Below are positions 25,989-39,161 of a stretch of DNA of 64,000 nt, piece by piece (position 1 is the first letter of the stretch; every line of letters begins with the position of its first letter). Under the pieces are notes generated by a model. The model was not told where the DNA came from, did no database searches, and saw nothing but the letters and a program-made list of their open reading frames with translations. The DNA comes from Podarcis bocagei (taxonomy: Eukaryota). The translations under genes were made by a program, and so were the position numbers. Location: the NCBI GenBank assembly GCA_964188305.1, contig OZ076887.1, one strand, 5' to 3'.

Positions 25989-27096
25989 CTAAAAGTGAGT
26001 ATAAAAATAAGAATTGTCAGCATTTTATGAATGGTAAATGATTAAAACTTTGAATTTTAATATGATAGATGTACAATATAAAGTCACTTACTTACCAGAG
26101 TTCCACCCAAACTGTGAATGTTAGCAGTTCAATGCAGAAGTGATGTCAGTGATTCAACAGCACACGGTATGATAAAAGATTGAAACACAACATGCATCGG
26201 TAAACCAAAAGTCTATGCTCTGCATACATCAAGAGGGTTAGTGGAAGATAAAATAGTAGATGACCGCATAGTGAGCAAAAAAGACACGTACCTGAAAGGC
26301 AAACTGTCATGCTATCTATGTGCTTTGTGAGAAGTTAGCATATATGGAGAAAACAGTATGTGGTACAAAAACACACATGCTATTCATGTTTACAGCATAC
26401 AGCACTTTTACATAGACACCCAAACACATAAGGATCAAGTATTGTAGCTACTTAAATGCACTGCAACTGTGTTGTATTAAAAGTCATCCATTGGGAACAA
26501 CATTTAAGAAGTATGTGCAGAATAGTCTTTCTTTGCATATACTCTCAGGCATTTTGTAATGCCTTCCAAAGGCAGTGTCAAACGTAATAGATCTTAAAGT
26601 ATTATCTCACAGTTAATGTGACTATAAACTCCAAACGATGTACCCAGTTGAAATTTAATGAACTTCGAAAATATGGCATACTTCCTGAAATACTTATCGG
26701 AGAGCATATAGAAGAGTAGAGAGGCTATGGAACTTCCACGTGGTGTCATGTTTCTGAAGTACAGACGTTTGACAGAATTCAAAGTATGGCTTTTAAAAAG
26801 AAGGGTTAAGTGATGTTATGATTCTATGCTCTTAGTTCATGCAAGACACAAGGTATAAAAGCCTGTTCATATACAACTTTCCACTTGTCCATTTATAGAC
26901 ATTCAGCTATAATTCTAATTCCACAAACCGATTGAAAGCTGTCATTCATTTAGTTCTGATTTTCTTTGTGTGATACACACAATTCGGTGTGGATTTTTGT
27001 TTTTGTTTTTAGTATTCATACAAAATTCCAAAACCATGCAAGATTCAGAAAAGCATATATACTACAGCCAGCAACATAACTCAAACTGTTGACTAC

Positions 27097-27232
27097 CTTT
27101 TCATCCATGTTTTCATTATCTGAATCTTGTTCCTGCTGCAACTGCTTCAAATCTTCATTGGACAACAGTTTATAACCTTCTTGCAGGGACCTCACGTGGT
27201 TTTCCATTTCATTTTTCTCTTCATCTGTCATT
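27097..27232 (-). CDS. DST: DST a/b exon (MTDEEKNEME...NMDEK)
   Basis: ccaaaag acceptor, AAG|GTAGTC donor, 136 bp. Confidence 0.93.
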
Positions 27233-27709
27233 CTTTTGGGAGGGGGAATAGAAGATGTGGATGGAAGTGCTAGCAATTTCTAAACATTAGTTGTTCTCTC
27301 AAGTAATAAACATATAGGGTGGAATTCAACATCATGCTATGAAGACCTGTTCTAGCAGATCTGGAGAAAAGGTTTGCTTTGTAAGCTGATAACTTGGCAG
27401 TGGTGGCAAGTCATATGGGCAGTTATTCCCAGGGATACATTGGTAACAAGCTGTGCAATTATTAGTACCACCATTAATTAATGCAAACATTCTGCTTTAG
27501 ATGAATTAAGTGAGGTGCCATATATAATGTAGAAGGGGCAGTACCCACCCACACCCCATTGTTTCAGATTTCATATAAGAACTCCTGAAACTAGTGGATA
27601 TCTGTTGCCTGCAACTGATTTTATATATAGAATGGCTGAAACCCATCCTCAACACAAATTCTGAAAGGGCACAACTAATTTTAAAATGCAATAATCACAA
27701 TGAACCTAC

Positions 27710-27798
27710 TTATCACCATGTTTCGCTAAAAACGTCTGTGTTGTTTGCAAAGCTTCTGATATCTGTTCTTTCTTGGTTAACAGTTCGTCAGAAGATAT
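27710..27798 (-). CDS. DST: DST a/b exon ([18 protein letters not shown]...KHGDK)
   Basis: ttttccag acceptor, AA|GTAGGT donor, 89 bp. Confidence 0.94.
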
Positions 27799-30700
27799 CT
27801 GGAAAAAGGAGGAAAATATGTTCACAACTGCATTCTAGAAATAAAATTAAAAAGGGGGTTGGGGTAAGAAATGTATATAAAAGGTAAAGCAAAAAGTTGA
27901 GAAAGGAGTGAGCATTTCAGGAACATTATCAAGGGCATAATGGGTGGTATCCAGCGATGTATGAACAGTGTTCTGCTTGTGCAAGACGACTTCCCTTTCC
28001 TCACCTTGCATGTTCCCCCAACCCTCTGAAACAGATTTTGAGGGTGCACAGGGAGTTGCAGGGGAGAGGAGGTGGCAAGTCTATTTATTCTTTTGCATAC
28101 CACCCTTCATCCATAGATCTCAGGGCAGTTCACAGTATGAAAATACAAGATAAAAACACAAAATAGCCTATTGTATGAAGGGAAGTCTTTTGAGCACGTG
28201 TGACAGCAGCATCAGGTACAACCCAATGTATCTTTAATAACAGCAATAGCCTATATTGCAAATCCATTTTTAGCCAACTTGTCCCTTATTAATGAGCCAT
28301 AAAGACATGCTTGGTTATGAAGCACTAAGGTTGTGTTTATAGATTACTGGGAACATGAGAACCATAATTAATTTCAGGTATAAATACGGACAGGTATAAA
28401 TACGGACACTACTAAAAATATTTGTTAGGTGACCTTCTTCAAAACTTTTGTCTAAACTGTTCTGGTCTTTGTTTCCGACCAGATGTTGCTGAACTGCAAC
28501 TCCCATCAGCTCCAGTAGGAATGGATAATGGCCAGGGATACTGGAGGTTGTAGTTAGGAACATATGGGAGGACAAAATGCTTAACAAGTAGCTTTAGACA
28601 GTTTGTAAATAATCAACTACTAGATTAAGAACAGCCTTGATACGTGAAGTCAAATGGTTTGACGTTACTCCCTCACAGGATGTCTTGCAACCAAAGATGT
28701 CTATGCAATTTCCAAGCTATCGTTTTCAGTATTTTAATAAGTGAAATCAACTACCTCACTTAACTTCCTTTGTGGATTTTGTGTGAATGGTATAGTTACA
28801 CAAGATACTGATCTTTTATTCTCAAGTATTTCCAAACCAGGAGTTCTCAAACAATATTAAATGCAACTCTCCATATATCAAGGAAAAAGCTATAGCTTGC
28901 CAACTCTAACCAGAGCTGAAAATGTGGATGAGCCTTATACACACACACCCCATTCTTCAACCATGAGGGTTCCCAATTCTTAAGTGTACCCCTGCTTTCT
29001 CTTATCCCATAGAACTGACAGAAGTGAAACTAATCAGATCAATTCTGGTCTAGTCTATTTCAGATTTCTTTTTTGAAAGTCCTACATGGGGTGCATAGTA
29101 TATGGATACAGGGCATGGAACCATGCTTTCATATACTAAATTAAAATGCAACAGTCACCTTGTTATAATAGTTCCAAAATTGTTCTGAGTACTGGAAGAA
29201 GGAAGTCTTACTCATTGTGAGCACCACCCAATAACTGCCCACAGAAGTCCCGTGAAAATGTTCTGCTGGTGCACACAATCTCTGCACCTTGGAGCTACTA
29301 TATACTAGATGGATACAGATATTCAAGATACTCCCCTTACAAATGCTATTTAGCATACTAGGTAAGCCACAATTTACAGAAACTAGACAGAAAGAAAAAG
29401 ATTGCCATGTGATACAGATGGCCCATTTTAACCTAATGGTTAAGAGGGAATGCAAACCCAGTGGTTTAAAACTGCTTCTTGGTAACTGTACATTATGACG
29501 ATGAGGCAGATTTCAGTAAGTGGCTTTTTTGTATCTATAAAAAACTGCAAGCAAGGGTTTTTCCAATGAAAATATAAAAGTGTTTCGTTGTTTGGTGCTA
29601 ATTTTCTTTGTAAATCATACAATTAAATGCACCAAAAGATACGTGTCAATTTCCCAGGCAGTTTGTACTCGTCTGCAAGCTTTTTCTTTCACAAATTGCC
29701 AGGACAGGAAGCCCAATTCAGAATGGGACCGTGGTGAGGTGGATGGGGGGGAGGGGCAGTCTTTAACCCTTTGTCTCATGCTGGGACCCTGATTTGGATC
29801 TCACCACGTGTCTACAATTTGCAGAGGGGGGGGGGACATCTGTCCGTAACAATGGGAGATCTTTTCCTCCAATGCAAATTCCACATACTGGGGGTCCCCC
29901 AAGATCAGGAACATAGCAGGGGCAACAGGTTAAACTCCACCCACAGCCAGGGTTCCAGATCTAGATTGCCCACCGATTGTCCTGGCATTTTTTGGAAGGA
30001 GCAGCTTGCACTCAAGGACAAACTACACTGAGTAATGTCATGTGTAGCATTTTCTCCATGTGTTTAATATGCATGTGGACACATGCATTTCCAGTTATAT
30101 TAGGCACAACACAAGTATGAAAGACTGAAGAGTTTCTTGGTATCATGCAATGGGACCAGTAAAATATTGTATCATTTAAGTTCTTCAAATTACTTGCTGG
30201 TACAGGGCTGACTGCAGATTTCAAGGGTTTGGTTCGGACGTTAACTCTTGGCGGATGTGAGATTTCAGGTTCCTACTCAGCCTCCAATATACCCCCCACC
30301 TCCACCCCTTATTTGAATACAGTGTGACATTTGGAAATGGGGTGTGTGGGGGAGTAAATATAATAAACTTAAATTGTGTGATTGATACTCCCTAATAAAT
30401 TGGGGAAAGCAATGTGATTTGGGCCTATAATCATTGGGTTTTATGAAGTCCCTGGAGTTTCCAAGGTAGTAGTGGCCTTGAGAATGCCCCCTTGTGCCCA
30501 TGAAGAATCTGATACACACCCTGTCTCACTGCCCCCTTCATCATGAGGTCCCCTCTTGAAACATCAATGGAGTTGAAGGAGGAAACAAGAAGAGTCATTC
30601 TCTTTCCCATTTCCTCTGTTAGTTCTACAGGCTCAATTCAGCACCTGATTAGGTGGGAAACGGGGATGGCTGAAAGTAAGAAAATGGGAGTCGCCAGTTG

Positions 30701-31764
30701 GAGAAAGTGGGGAGGCTACAGGAGTCAGGAAGGGGGGGAATGATCCCTTCCAAACGGTTTTTAAATTTCTCCTACCTAACCACCATCAAATCACGTCACA
30801 TCTGTTGCCATTGACTAAACCGTGAAAATCATGGATCTGGTGCCATTTGCGATGGATGCAAACAACAGAGCGTTGTGGCTGCCGACTGCAGGAGATCCCT
30901 GCAAAACCATCACTAAATCGTGTGCCACCTCTTCGTCTACTAAGAAAGTTTTGCTGTGATCCTCTGTAAAAACTGTGAAAATATATGAAGAGCAGTGCTT
31001 TGGATCCAGATTTCTGTGATATTAGCAAACGCCAGATTTGTGATTTTTAATATAGTCTATTTCTGTAAGCTTTAATCTAATAGGTTTTTGTGGGCAGCAT
31101 CCCATGTAAACTCATGCAAATTCAAGAGGATTGTTTCTATTCTACCAGACAAACTTTTACCTAGAACCCATGTAAAAGAACTAAGGGGGGGGGGGAGTTA
31201 GCATGTGCTGACCTGGAAGAGATTAAAAAACCAAATGGATCATACCCATAGTACACACTCTATGAATTCTGAATGGGCCTCCAAGGTTGACAACTCCTGT
31301 AACTTATAAAAAAATTACACCTCCATATTAACATCCAGAAGACTAGCCAGGAACACCTGGTGGGAAAGGCATGAAGGTATTATCATTTCCCATCATAAGT
31401 AGGGAATATTATTGTCCAAACACTGTTTCTCCTTTTTGTCTTGAATGTAGTCTTTCAGGAAAAAACACCCATGTATCAGTTATGTAGTCTGGTGAATTTA
31501 AATAAAAACACTAGTATGTAAATTATATTTGTTCTTAAGCACTTTAAAGTGAAGGTTGTATCCAATGCCAGCCCTACTCAGAGCAGACCCATTGATATCA
31601 ATAGGCGTGACTAACTTAGGTCCAGGAAGTTCAATGGGTTTTCTTTGAGTAAAATGTAAGCTGAATACAATGAAATGTTCTTGTGCCACATTTGGCACTT
31701 TAAAGACAAAACAACACTGTGTCATGCATCTGGTAGCATCTATTCTCAAGCAGTGTTTTAATAC

Positions 31765-31899
31765 CTGTTTCTTAGGAGAATCTGCTTTTTCAGACTTTTC
31801 TCCTCCGCCTTTGCCGAGGCTCTTGGTGATGTTTGAAACCCATTTCAGTAAGTCCCCAGCTTTTTCGACGTGTTCTTTCTTCTCCTCTTCCATTGACTT
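31765..31899 (-). CDS. DST: DST a/b exon ([14 protein letters not shown]...SPKKQ)
   Basis: ttatcag acceptor, CAG|GTATTA donor, 135 bp, phase 0 matching the 41782 donor. Confidence 0.94.
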
Positions 31900-32440
31900 C
31901 TGATAAACAATGTGCATTGCAAATATATATATATATTTAAAATTGTAGGTATATTAAGGTTACAGCCAACCCGAAAAACAGTTACACCGTCAAAAATTTT
32001 ATTGTGGAAGATGCCAGATAATGAGCTTTATTTTTACTTTCTTTCTTTTTTATCCCCATTACCACAGTCATTCTTATGCATGCTTCTTTTTTTAAAAAAA
32101 GGTAAACAATAATAAAAAAGTAATTGAAGTAATTAATTCAAAACATCTGAAAAAACTAAGATAGCCATTATGATACATATAAACACATTCATATACATAG
32201 ATGATGGAACTCACATTACAGAAACCTCCCAGCCACCACTGCGCAAGTCAAATCTAAGCAAGGGTTTGCCAGGAAAAACACTCTAAATCTTAGCCTTTGC
32301 ATTAGATGTACACCCAGTTCTAGATTATCATGTTGTTGAAGAAGACAATGAAATTCAATAACATACTTCAATCCTGTGCAATTAACATAGCATCTTACAT
32401 GTTTCTCCTGAGAAGGAAAATTACTAATTTTGTAGCCAAC

Positions 32441-32446
32441 TTTATT
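32441..32446 (-). terminator. Candidate poly(A) signal (AATAAA) for the BPAG1e mRNA
   Basis: AATAAA ~1.13 kb downstream of the BPAG1e stop and upstream of the next a/b exon; ATTAAA hexamers just upstream. Position only; usage not demonstrable. Confidence 0.35.
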
Positions 32447-32932
32447 GCCGATTTCAGGTTTAAGTTTAATATGGTTGTTTTTTTTAATGTAAAGAATCAT
32501 GTAGTAGAAGGAAAACCAGAAAAATAATAATCATGTAACAGAAGTCTATCATTTTCTCTGAAATTTCCAGTGTCACTGAGAATCTTATCTCCATGTAACT
32601 TGGGCTGCAATACTATCCCCACTTAAGGACTACAACCCATTAAATTCAGCAGGACTTTCTTCTGAGTAGACATGGGGAGCACTGTGCTGTTACAAAGGCG
32701 TAACCGCCACCTAACACAGAGAGGCTTGCTTCCATGTAAACATGCCGTTAGAAGAATATCCAGTCTTTATGACAGAACCCACACCACAGTAAACTTTGCA
32801 CCGGCAAACAAGCATCCTGTCAAATCTATTTATGATATTGCATATTAAGTTCTACACAAATATTCAAGTGCCATTGACTTCAATGGGAGGGTTTACATAC
32901 TTAGCTCCCTGTTTAACTTTGGCTGAATCAAT

Positions 32933-33066
32933 GGAGATAGCACAGTCAGTGGAGCATGAGACTCTTAACCTCAGGGTCATGGGTCTGAGCCCCACGTTGG
33001 GCAAAATATTCCTGCATTGCAGGGGGTTCAACTAGATGACACTTGTGGTCCCTTCCAACTCTAGAT
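32933..33066 (+). mobile_element. tRNA-Lys(CTT)-derived SINE with a CR1-type 3' tail
   Basis: Head tagcacagtcagtggagcatgagactcttaacctcaggg...gagccccacgttgggc resembles tRNA-Lys; tail ...gtggtcccttccaactcta resembles the CR1 3' end. Confidence 0.8.
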
Positions 33067-33578
33067 TTTTTATTTTTATTTTTTTGCAGGATAGTATTGC
33101 ATCATACACTGATATAAATGCAACAGGGCATATTGTTTCACTTCTGAAAATTTCCAAAGAGCAGCTGGAATGGCAAAAACAACAACTCTGCAACACATTG
33201 CTACCACAATGATCCCAGTTAGCAAGCTGCTAATGCCATTTATACAACATAGAGGAACAATTCAGGGATAGTTTTAAGTACATTTAGGTCCTAATGATTT
33301 CAAGGAGAACTAAAGCATTAGCTTAAATTTCCACCAAAATCAATGGGGCATAGAAGTGCTTAACTCTTATCAAATTGTGCATCATAATTACAAGCATGGA
33401 GCAACGTGAAATCTACTGTACGCTGAAAACTATACATAAGCAAACTCAAAATGCTTTGTTCTGCTGAGAAATCAGCCAGGAACCCTATTTTACAACCCAA
33501 TTAAATCATAGGGAATCATTTCCATGAGCCAGATGGTTTAAATTACTGCAGGCCAATTTAATAACTTCCATTGTTAAA

Positions 33579-35369
33579 TTATGACTGTGAGGAAAAATAC
33601 AGACTAGAAATTCCTGAGGAAATGAGCTCAGCTGCTTCTAGCAATCGTAGCCCTGTGTGGCAGTCAAAAACTGCATTATCAAGGGCTTCTTTATACGTCA
33701 ATTTCTTCTTTGTCTTGGGACACGTAATACCTTTTAAGTAGAATTTGTCATTTTTCATCTTTGTAGCAGTGACGGCATCAATAATGCCCCTTTTAATAGC
33801 TTCTTCCATCGATAATCTGCAATGAGACTTGGGATCTATCAATCCACCAGTCAGATGTTGATACTCTAGGCAGCGAGTGCCCATTTCTTTCTCTAGGACA
33901 TTTGTGTTCATTGCTTCAACCGCTGACAGAACACTCTTTGATACAGGGTGAATAATCCCAGTAAAGACCAGTTCACACTGCTGGACGTGCTTAGCAGACG
34001 CCTCATCAATCAGCTCCCTTTGCAAGGCCTCTGCCACACTATATCTCTTCCCAGTAAAGGGATCAATTATACCTCCTGTACTTGCTTGTGCTTCAAGGCA
34101 CCTCAGCGCTGTGGTTCTCTCCACTAGGTTTTTGCGAGCAGCTTTCAGAAGAGGCATTCTCTCATTTGTGTCGGGCAGCCAGACACCAGCAATGGGGCTG
34201 TTGACATCTGTGCGTGGTTTAGAATTGCTCAACAAAACATCTGCAAGCTCGCTGGCTGTGATTTGCCCTTCCTTGTATTGACTGACCAGCATTCTATCAA
34301 CTTTGCCATCAGTTAATGCCTCGTCAATGTTGAACTGCATTCCAGTTTTTAGGTCTGTCAGCACAAGGTAAGAATTTCCATGGTGATCAAAGCATGTGGA
34401 TTCTTTCCACTGAAATTCTTGCCCTGACAGCTGGAGGTAGGTACTTTTGTCTATCAGGGACTTTTTATAAGCCTCATAGGAGGTCATTTCTGCTCCAGTT
34501 GTAATATCTACCACAGATATTTTATGAATTTTTTCAGCAGATGGGGTGGTTATTTTTCTCTCCCCAACAGGGAGCAGGAAGCATTTGCTTCCGATATCAA
34601 GTAAACACAGCTTCAGCAAATCATTATAATACATGGCTTGCCTATTATTTGGATTCTGGAAGACTTTTTTATTACTGGAATGTTCATATATAAATTTCAG
34701 GACGGTGTTGTTCAGCAAGCCCAGCTGGACCGCAACTTCAGGACGCACACGGACACTTCTCACAGGGTCAATAATACCTCCACTTGCTATCTGAGCTTCA
34801 ATAAAACTTTTGCCTTTCTGCCTTTCAAGGATTCTGGTTTCAATTGCTTGATAAACAGACAGCTTTTTCCCAGAAAACAGATATCCTAAAACTGCCTTTT
34901 CTGCCTCAAGAAGCCTGCTTTTGTATTCATGATCTACAAGTCCCTTGGCAACTGAATCATCAACAGAGTATTTCTGACCTGCTGTGGGGTCAATGATAAA
35001 ACCAGTGGCGGCCTGGGCTTCAAGCAGTGCTAACACAGATGCTTTTTCAATTATTCTCTGCTTAGCTGCAGAAGCAAATGAGACCTTCCCTTTACTAGAT
35101 TCAATATACAACCCAGCTATTGCAGTAGGCTTAGTCAAAAAATTCTCAAGATTTTTTTGAACCTCAGCAATGGCCTTCTTTCCTGAATGAAGCTGTTCAG
35201 CTGTGCTCAGGTCTAGAAGTTTAACTTCAATCAACTGCTTGGCAGTTACATCATGCCGGAGACCTTGAAATTTGATATTATCATATTCAGAGGGGATCAG
35301 AGCAACCTCCTTTGCTTGCTTTTCCTCTAAGATGGCACTGATCTTTGATAAATCTTCATTTTGGAGATT
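33579..35369 (-). CDS. DST: BPAG1e terminal exon: two plakin-repeat (keratin-binding) domains plus linker, ends at TAA
   Basis: tttacag acceptor in frame; motifs LLEAQAATGFIIDP, LEAQASTGGIIDP, TGLRLLEA; ends GISSLYFSSQS*. Confidence 0.95.
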   Translation of the reverse strand, partial: NLQNEDLSKISAILEEKQAKEVALIPSEYDNIKFQGLRHDVTAKQLIEVKLLDLSTAEQLHSGKKAIAEVQKNLENFLTKPTAIAGLYIESSKGKVSFASAAKQRIIEKASVLALLEAQAATGFIIDPTAGQKYSVDDSVAKGLVDHEYKSRLLEAEKAVLGYLFSGKKLSVYQAIETRILERQKGKSFIEAQIASGGIIDPVRSVRVRPEVAVQLGLLNNTVLKFIYEHSSNKKVFQNPNNRQAMYYNDLLKLCLLDIGSKCFLLPVGERKITTPSAEKIHKISVVDITTGAEMTSYEAYKKSLIDKSTYLQLSGQEFQWKESTCFDHHGNSYLVLTDLKTGMQFNIDEALTDGKVDRMLVSQYKEGQITASELADVLLSNSKPRTDVNSPIAGVWLPDTNERMPLLKAARKNLVERTTALRCLEAQASTGGIIDPFTGKRYSVAEALQRELIDEASAKHVQQCELVFTGIIHPVSKSVLSAVEAMNTNVLEKEMGTRCLEYQHLTGGLIDPKSHCRLSMEEAIKRGIIDAVTATKMKNDKFYLKGITCPKTKKKLTYKEALDNAVFDCHTGLRLLEAAELISSGISSLYFSSQS

Positions 35370-36473
35370 CTGTAAATAGGAATTGTTTGACATAATGAAG
35401 GATACTGTACTTAGAAAATAGCATCAAGTTATTAATCTAGCCCATAAACAGGGAGAGGGGGAGAGATGCAGAATCTGAACAGCAAACACTAAGAATCAGC
35501 AAACTTTATTAACCCTGGCAATATGGAATTTGGTTTGAGAAGGAAAGTGGGATGGAATGACAGCAAAGTGTAAAAAGAGAAACTATCTCTTAGCGATATC
35601 ATTACCCTTCTAATTGCAAACTCAGGTGGTGAATGAAGGCAGGAAATCCCCAAGATTCACAGAAGCACTATATATTAAAACCTAAGGGGGCAAAACCAAA
35701 CAAACCCTCAAAGGAGACAATGCTCAGAGCATGCTCAGTAGCTATGGAATACAGAGTGAAGCTGGAAAAGAAAAACAAAACACAGCGTGGGAAGAGTGGA
35801 ATGGCCAGTTTGGAGGGAACTGCTGAGAGAACCCTGAACAGGGTCACTCCTTTGGGAGAAATGAGAGACTGCACCTTTTTGCTCCAAGTACCACTTTAAA
35901 AAATCTAATGCGGATGTGAACAACTTGGATTTGTGAATTTCTTTCTTCATTCTAGGAAGCTAGGCCTGTTGTATGTGCAGTACAATACTTAAGAGAGATC
36001 TTGGACTTCTGTAGGCCACAAAAAATCATTCGGCAGTTGGATGGGGAGCTTTTAAGGTTAGAAGTGCACTTTTTGCCTCCACCTCATGCCTTGTTGAAAT
36101 CATAGGGTGTGGGGACAACTGTGGACAGAGAATGGTGTAAAGACACATCATTCTGCCTGCTGCTTTTATCCGGCAAACACCATTTTGCAGAGAAGTGTGC
36201 TCTTCGGTATGTAGGGCCCCCTCTTTTAAACAAATGGGGAACCTTTTGGTGGGTGAAATTTTTGCTTCCACACATGCAAGCAACTTCTGCATCTGCACAA
36301 AAGTCTTGGGGTTATAATGCGGATTGATGCGTGCCAGATGTAAGAAAGTGTTCGATATCAGATAAGATGAAAACATAGAAATAGAACAGAAAAGCAATGA
36401 AGATTACAGGAGAACAGAAAGTTGTAACAACGACACCCAAGCAATATCAAACGCCATCAAATGTGCCATGTAC

Positions 36474-39161
36474 CTCCAATGGATGCAGGCGCTTCCCTAA
36501 GCCCACTTCATAACTTTCTTCAAGCCTGGAACTGAGGAGTTTTCCGTCTCTCAATTTATCTATTTCTGAAATTCTTGTGATAGGGTTGCTCTTATCAACC
36601 GTTATCTCAAACTCTGTGCTTGTCTGGGAAACATATTCGGCATAGGACTGTTGACTTATTCCATTTTCCAGTTGGTGGGTTACTCCGGACAACTGGAATG
36701 GCTTCTCTCGTTGCAATGAATCAGTGGCAACTGTTTGCAACTTCTGTGCAACCAGCGGTTCAGATTTGCAACTTGAGCCACTTAGGTGTCTCCTTCTTAA
36801 TAAAGGAGATGTGGTCGTACAGAGGTTAATATGTTCAAAATCTCTTGGGGAGGTGTCTCCCAAGTAACTAAACCCATTTCCCTTCCACCCAAAGTCTAAC
36901 TGGATGTTCCTTTTGTTGATCTCATTCTGAAACCAACGCAGCTGATTGCCGTGATCTCTTTTCTGCAGGTCTATTTGGTGCTTCAAGTTCTCTACTGTCC
37001 GCCTCTGCACTTGCAACTCTTCTTCCATTTTGCGATATTTCTGCACATACTCCATTTCTGCATGCTTGCCTTGCTGAAGCTGCTCGCGGGATTTCTGAAG
37101 TCTGTCTTGCAGGTCTTCAATTTGAAGTTTATACATTCTAATGTTGTCTTGAGCCATGTGGTTTTCTTGCTGCAGGGTGATGCATTCCATCCTGATACCA
37201 GATATGTCATTTTCCGCTATGTTGTGAGTTTCCAAGAGTTTTTCAAATTTCTTCCTAAACTCTTCCGCAGAATGCTTGAACGCAATTGATTCTTCCTGAA
37301 GTAAAGCCACATTTTGGCGCGCCATTTGTTCCTCCAAGGTCTTCTGATGCAAGTCATCTTGCAGCTTCTTCATCTTGCTATTGAGCTCATGAATATGGGA
37401 CTGCTGCTGCTGGACCTTCTGCTCGTTCATCTTCATTTCCATAGTGAATGTGCTCATCTGAGTACGTAAATTTCTTATTTCCATCTCTGCATTCATGTTA
37501 TAAGCATTGTCCCTGTCACATTTCTGCTTAAATTCACCGGCTAATTCTTTTGCTTTTATTAGCTCATCTTCTAATCTCTTGATGTGATCCAAGTGCTCCT
37601 GCTCAAGTATTATCTGTTTGTGCAGTTGTTCGTTTGTGATACGTAGTTGCTCTTTGAAACCTTCAGCCAGGGCTTTTAATTCATCATTTTTTCTGTCAAT
37701 AATTTGTCTTTCAAGAATTATCTTCTCTGAATCGGTCCGGACTTCAGTCATCATTATTTTGGTCTCGCTGTTCCATCTAGAAAGCTCCTCAACCTTCTGT
37801 TTTAACTTTTCCACTAAGTGATTGCTATCTGCTAAATCATCTTTCAGTCTTTGAATCTTCAGCTGGTTTTCTTTTTCTTCTCTTGTCTTTTGAAGGAATT
37901 GTTCCTGCATTTTTTTTAACTGTTCTTGTAGGCTGGTTGCTTCCCCTCTGCTTGAAACAGTTCTCTGTTCAGCTGCCATTTTTTCTTGCTGAAGAGAAGT
38001 GATTTGGGAATGCAATTGCTGAATAGTAATTCCAGTGTGTGTGTGTGTCCTAGCCAACTCTTCCAGCTCCATCTTTAACAGTGCCTTCTCCTTCTGAAGT
38101 GACCTCAGCTCTTCTTGATACTTCATATTTATTTTCTTCAGATCCATGGCTTCCTGCATTACCTCTTCAGCTTTGCCTGTGGTTTTCTGCAGCTGCCTGT
38201 CAAGCTCCTTCAGCTGCTCCAAGTATCCTTGCTCTACCAGCTCTTTCTGATCCAGCTCTACTTTAAGGCGCCTGAGAGAATTATTGGCATCATCCAGTTT
38301 TTCTTTTAGTAAGCGAGCCTTTTCTTCAGCAGACGCATTCTGCAGTTCAAGTTCACACAGTTCGTATTTTAGGTCTTTTATGGTTTTCTCGGACTTTTTG
38401 TTGGCAAATGTTAGCTCATCCACCAGTTGCTGGAATTCCTCAATGTTTTTCACTTCTTGCTTTTCTCTGAAAATGTCTGAACCTGTTGGCAACAGAGTTT
38501 CTTGTCCTATTATAGTAATTTGCCTTCTGACTTCGGTTATTTCCTTTTCTCTGCACTTGCTTTTCACCAGACTACCTTGAAACTCCATGTCTTGTTCCAT
38601 TTCCTTAATGAGTTTCACAAGTTTCTCTTCTTCAGCAGTCTTCTTCCTCAGCTCCTCCATCAGTGCTTTCTTTTGCTGCTCTAAATCTTGAAGATTGGTG
38701 TCCTTCCTTCTTAACTTATCTTCAAGAGCATCTCTAGCCACAGCAGTTTCCTCTAGCTGCATTCTGAAAGCTCTGAACTTTTCTTCAACCATACTTCTCT
38801 GAGCCTCAGTCTTCAAAGCGAGCTGCTTCACACGCTCCAATTCCTGCTCTGCGTCTTCTTTCTCTTTAAGAGCATCCTCTAGTTCCATGCGATAGCGCTT
38901 TGCTTCTTGCTCAGCTTTGGCTTTCTGGAGACAAATCTCCTCCATTTTTGTCTGCTGCTTCTTCATTTCTTTCTCTGCATCGGCCTTTGCTTTTGGAAGT
39001 TCTACTTCCAACTGGAACTTCTGTTTCCTCAACTCATCCAACATTTCCTCAAGCTCGTTTATCCTCTCCATAAGTTTTCTGTTCTCACTCATTACTTCTT
39101 TTTGCTGCTGCTCCAGATCAGAATATTCACCACGTACTAGTGCCTCCTTATTCTTCAGGAT
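36474..39161 (-). CDS. DST: BPAG1e/BP230-specific coiled-coil rod exon (896 codons)
   Basis: ggcag|ATC acceptor, GAG|GTACAT donor, 2688 bp uninterrupted heptad-rich E/K/Q ORF starting ILKNKEALVRGEYSDL. Confidence 0.95.

Noticed and set aside
32933-33004. tRNA-Lys(CTT) gene
   Set aside because: Acceptor stem and T-loop are degenerate and the sequence runs into a CR1-like tail, so it is a SINE head.
35735-35951. Possible extra exon between the BPAG1e rod and tail exons (cttcctag acceptor; 71-aa ORF)
   Set aside because: Phase-0 reading stops after 35 codons, there is no convincing in-phase donor, and the flanking exons already join in frame.
38035-38048. (CA)n-like run inside the rod exon encoding THTHT
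   Set aside because: Short, in frame, and with no evidence of instability or function from sequence alone.
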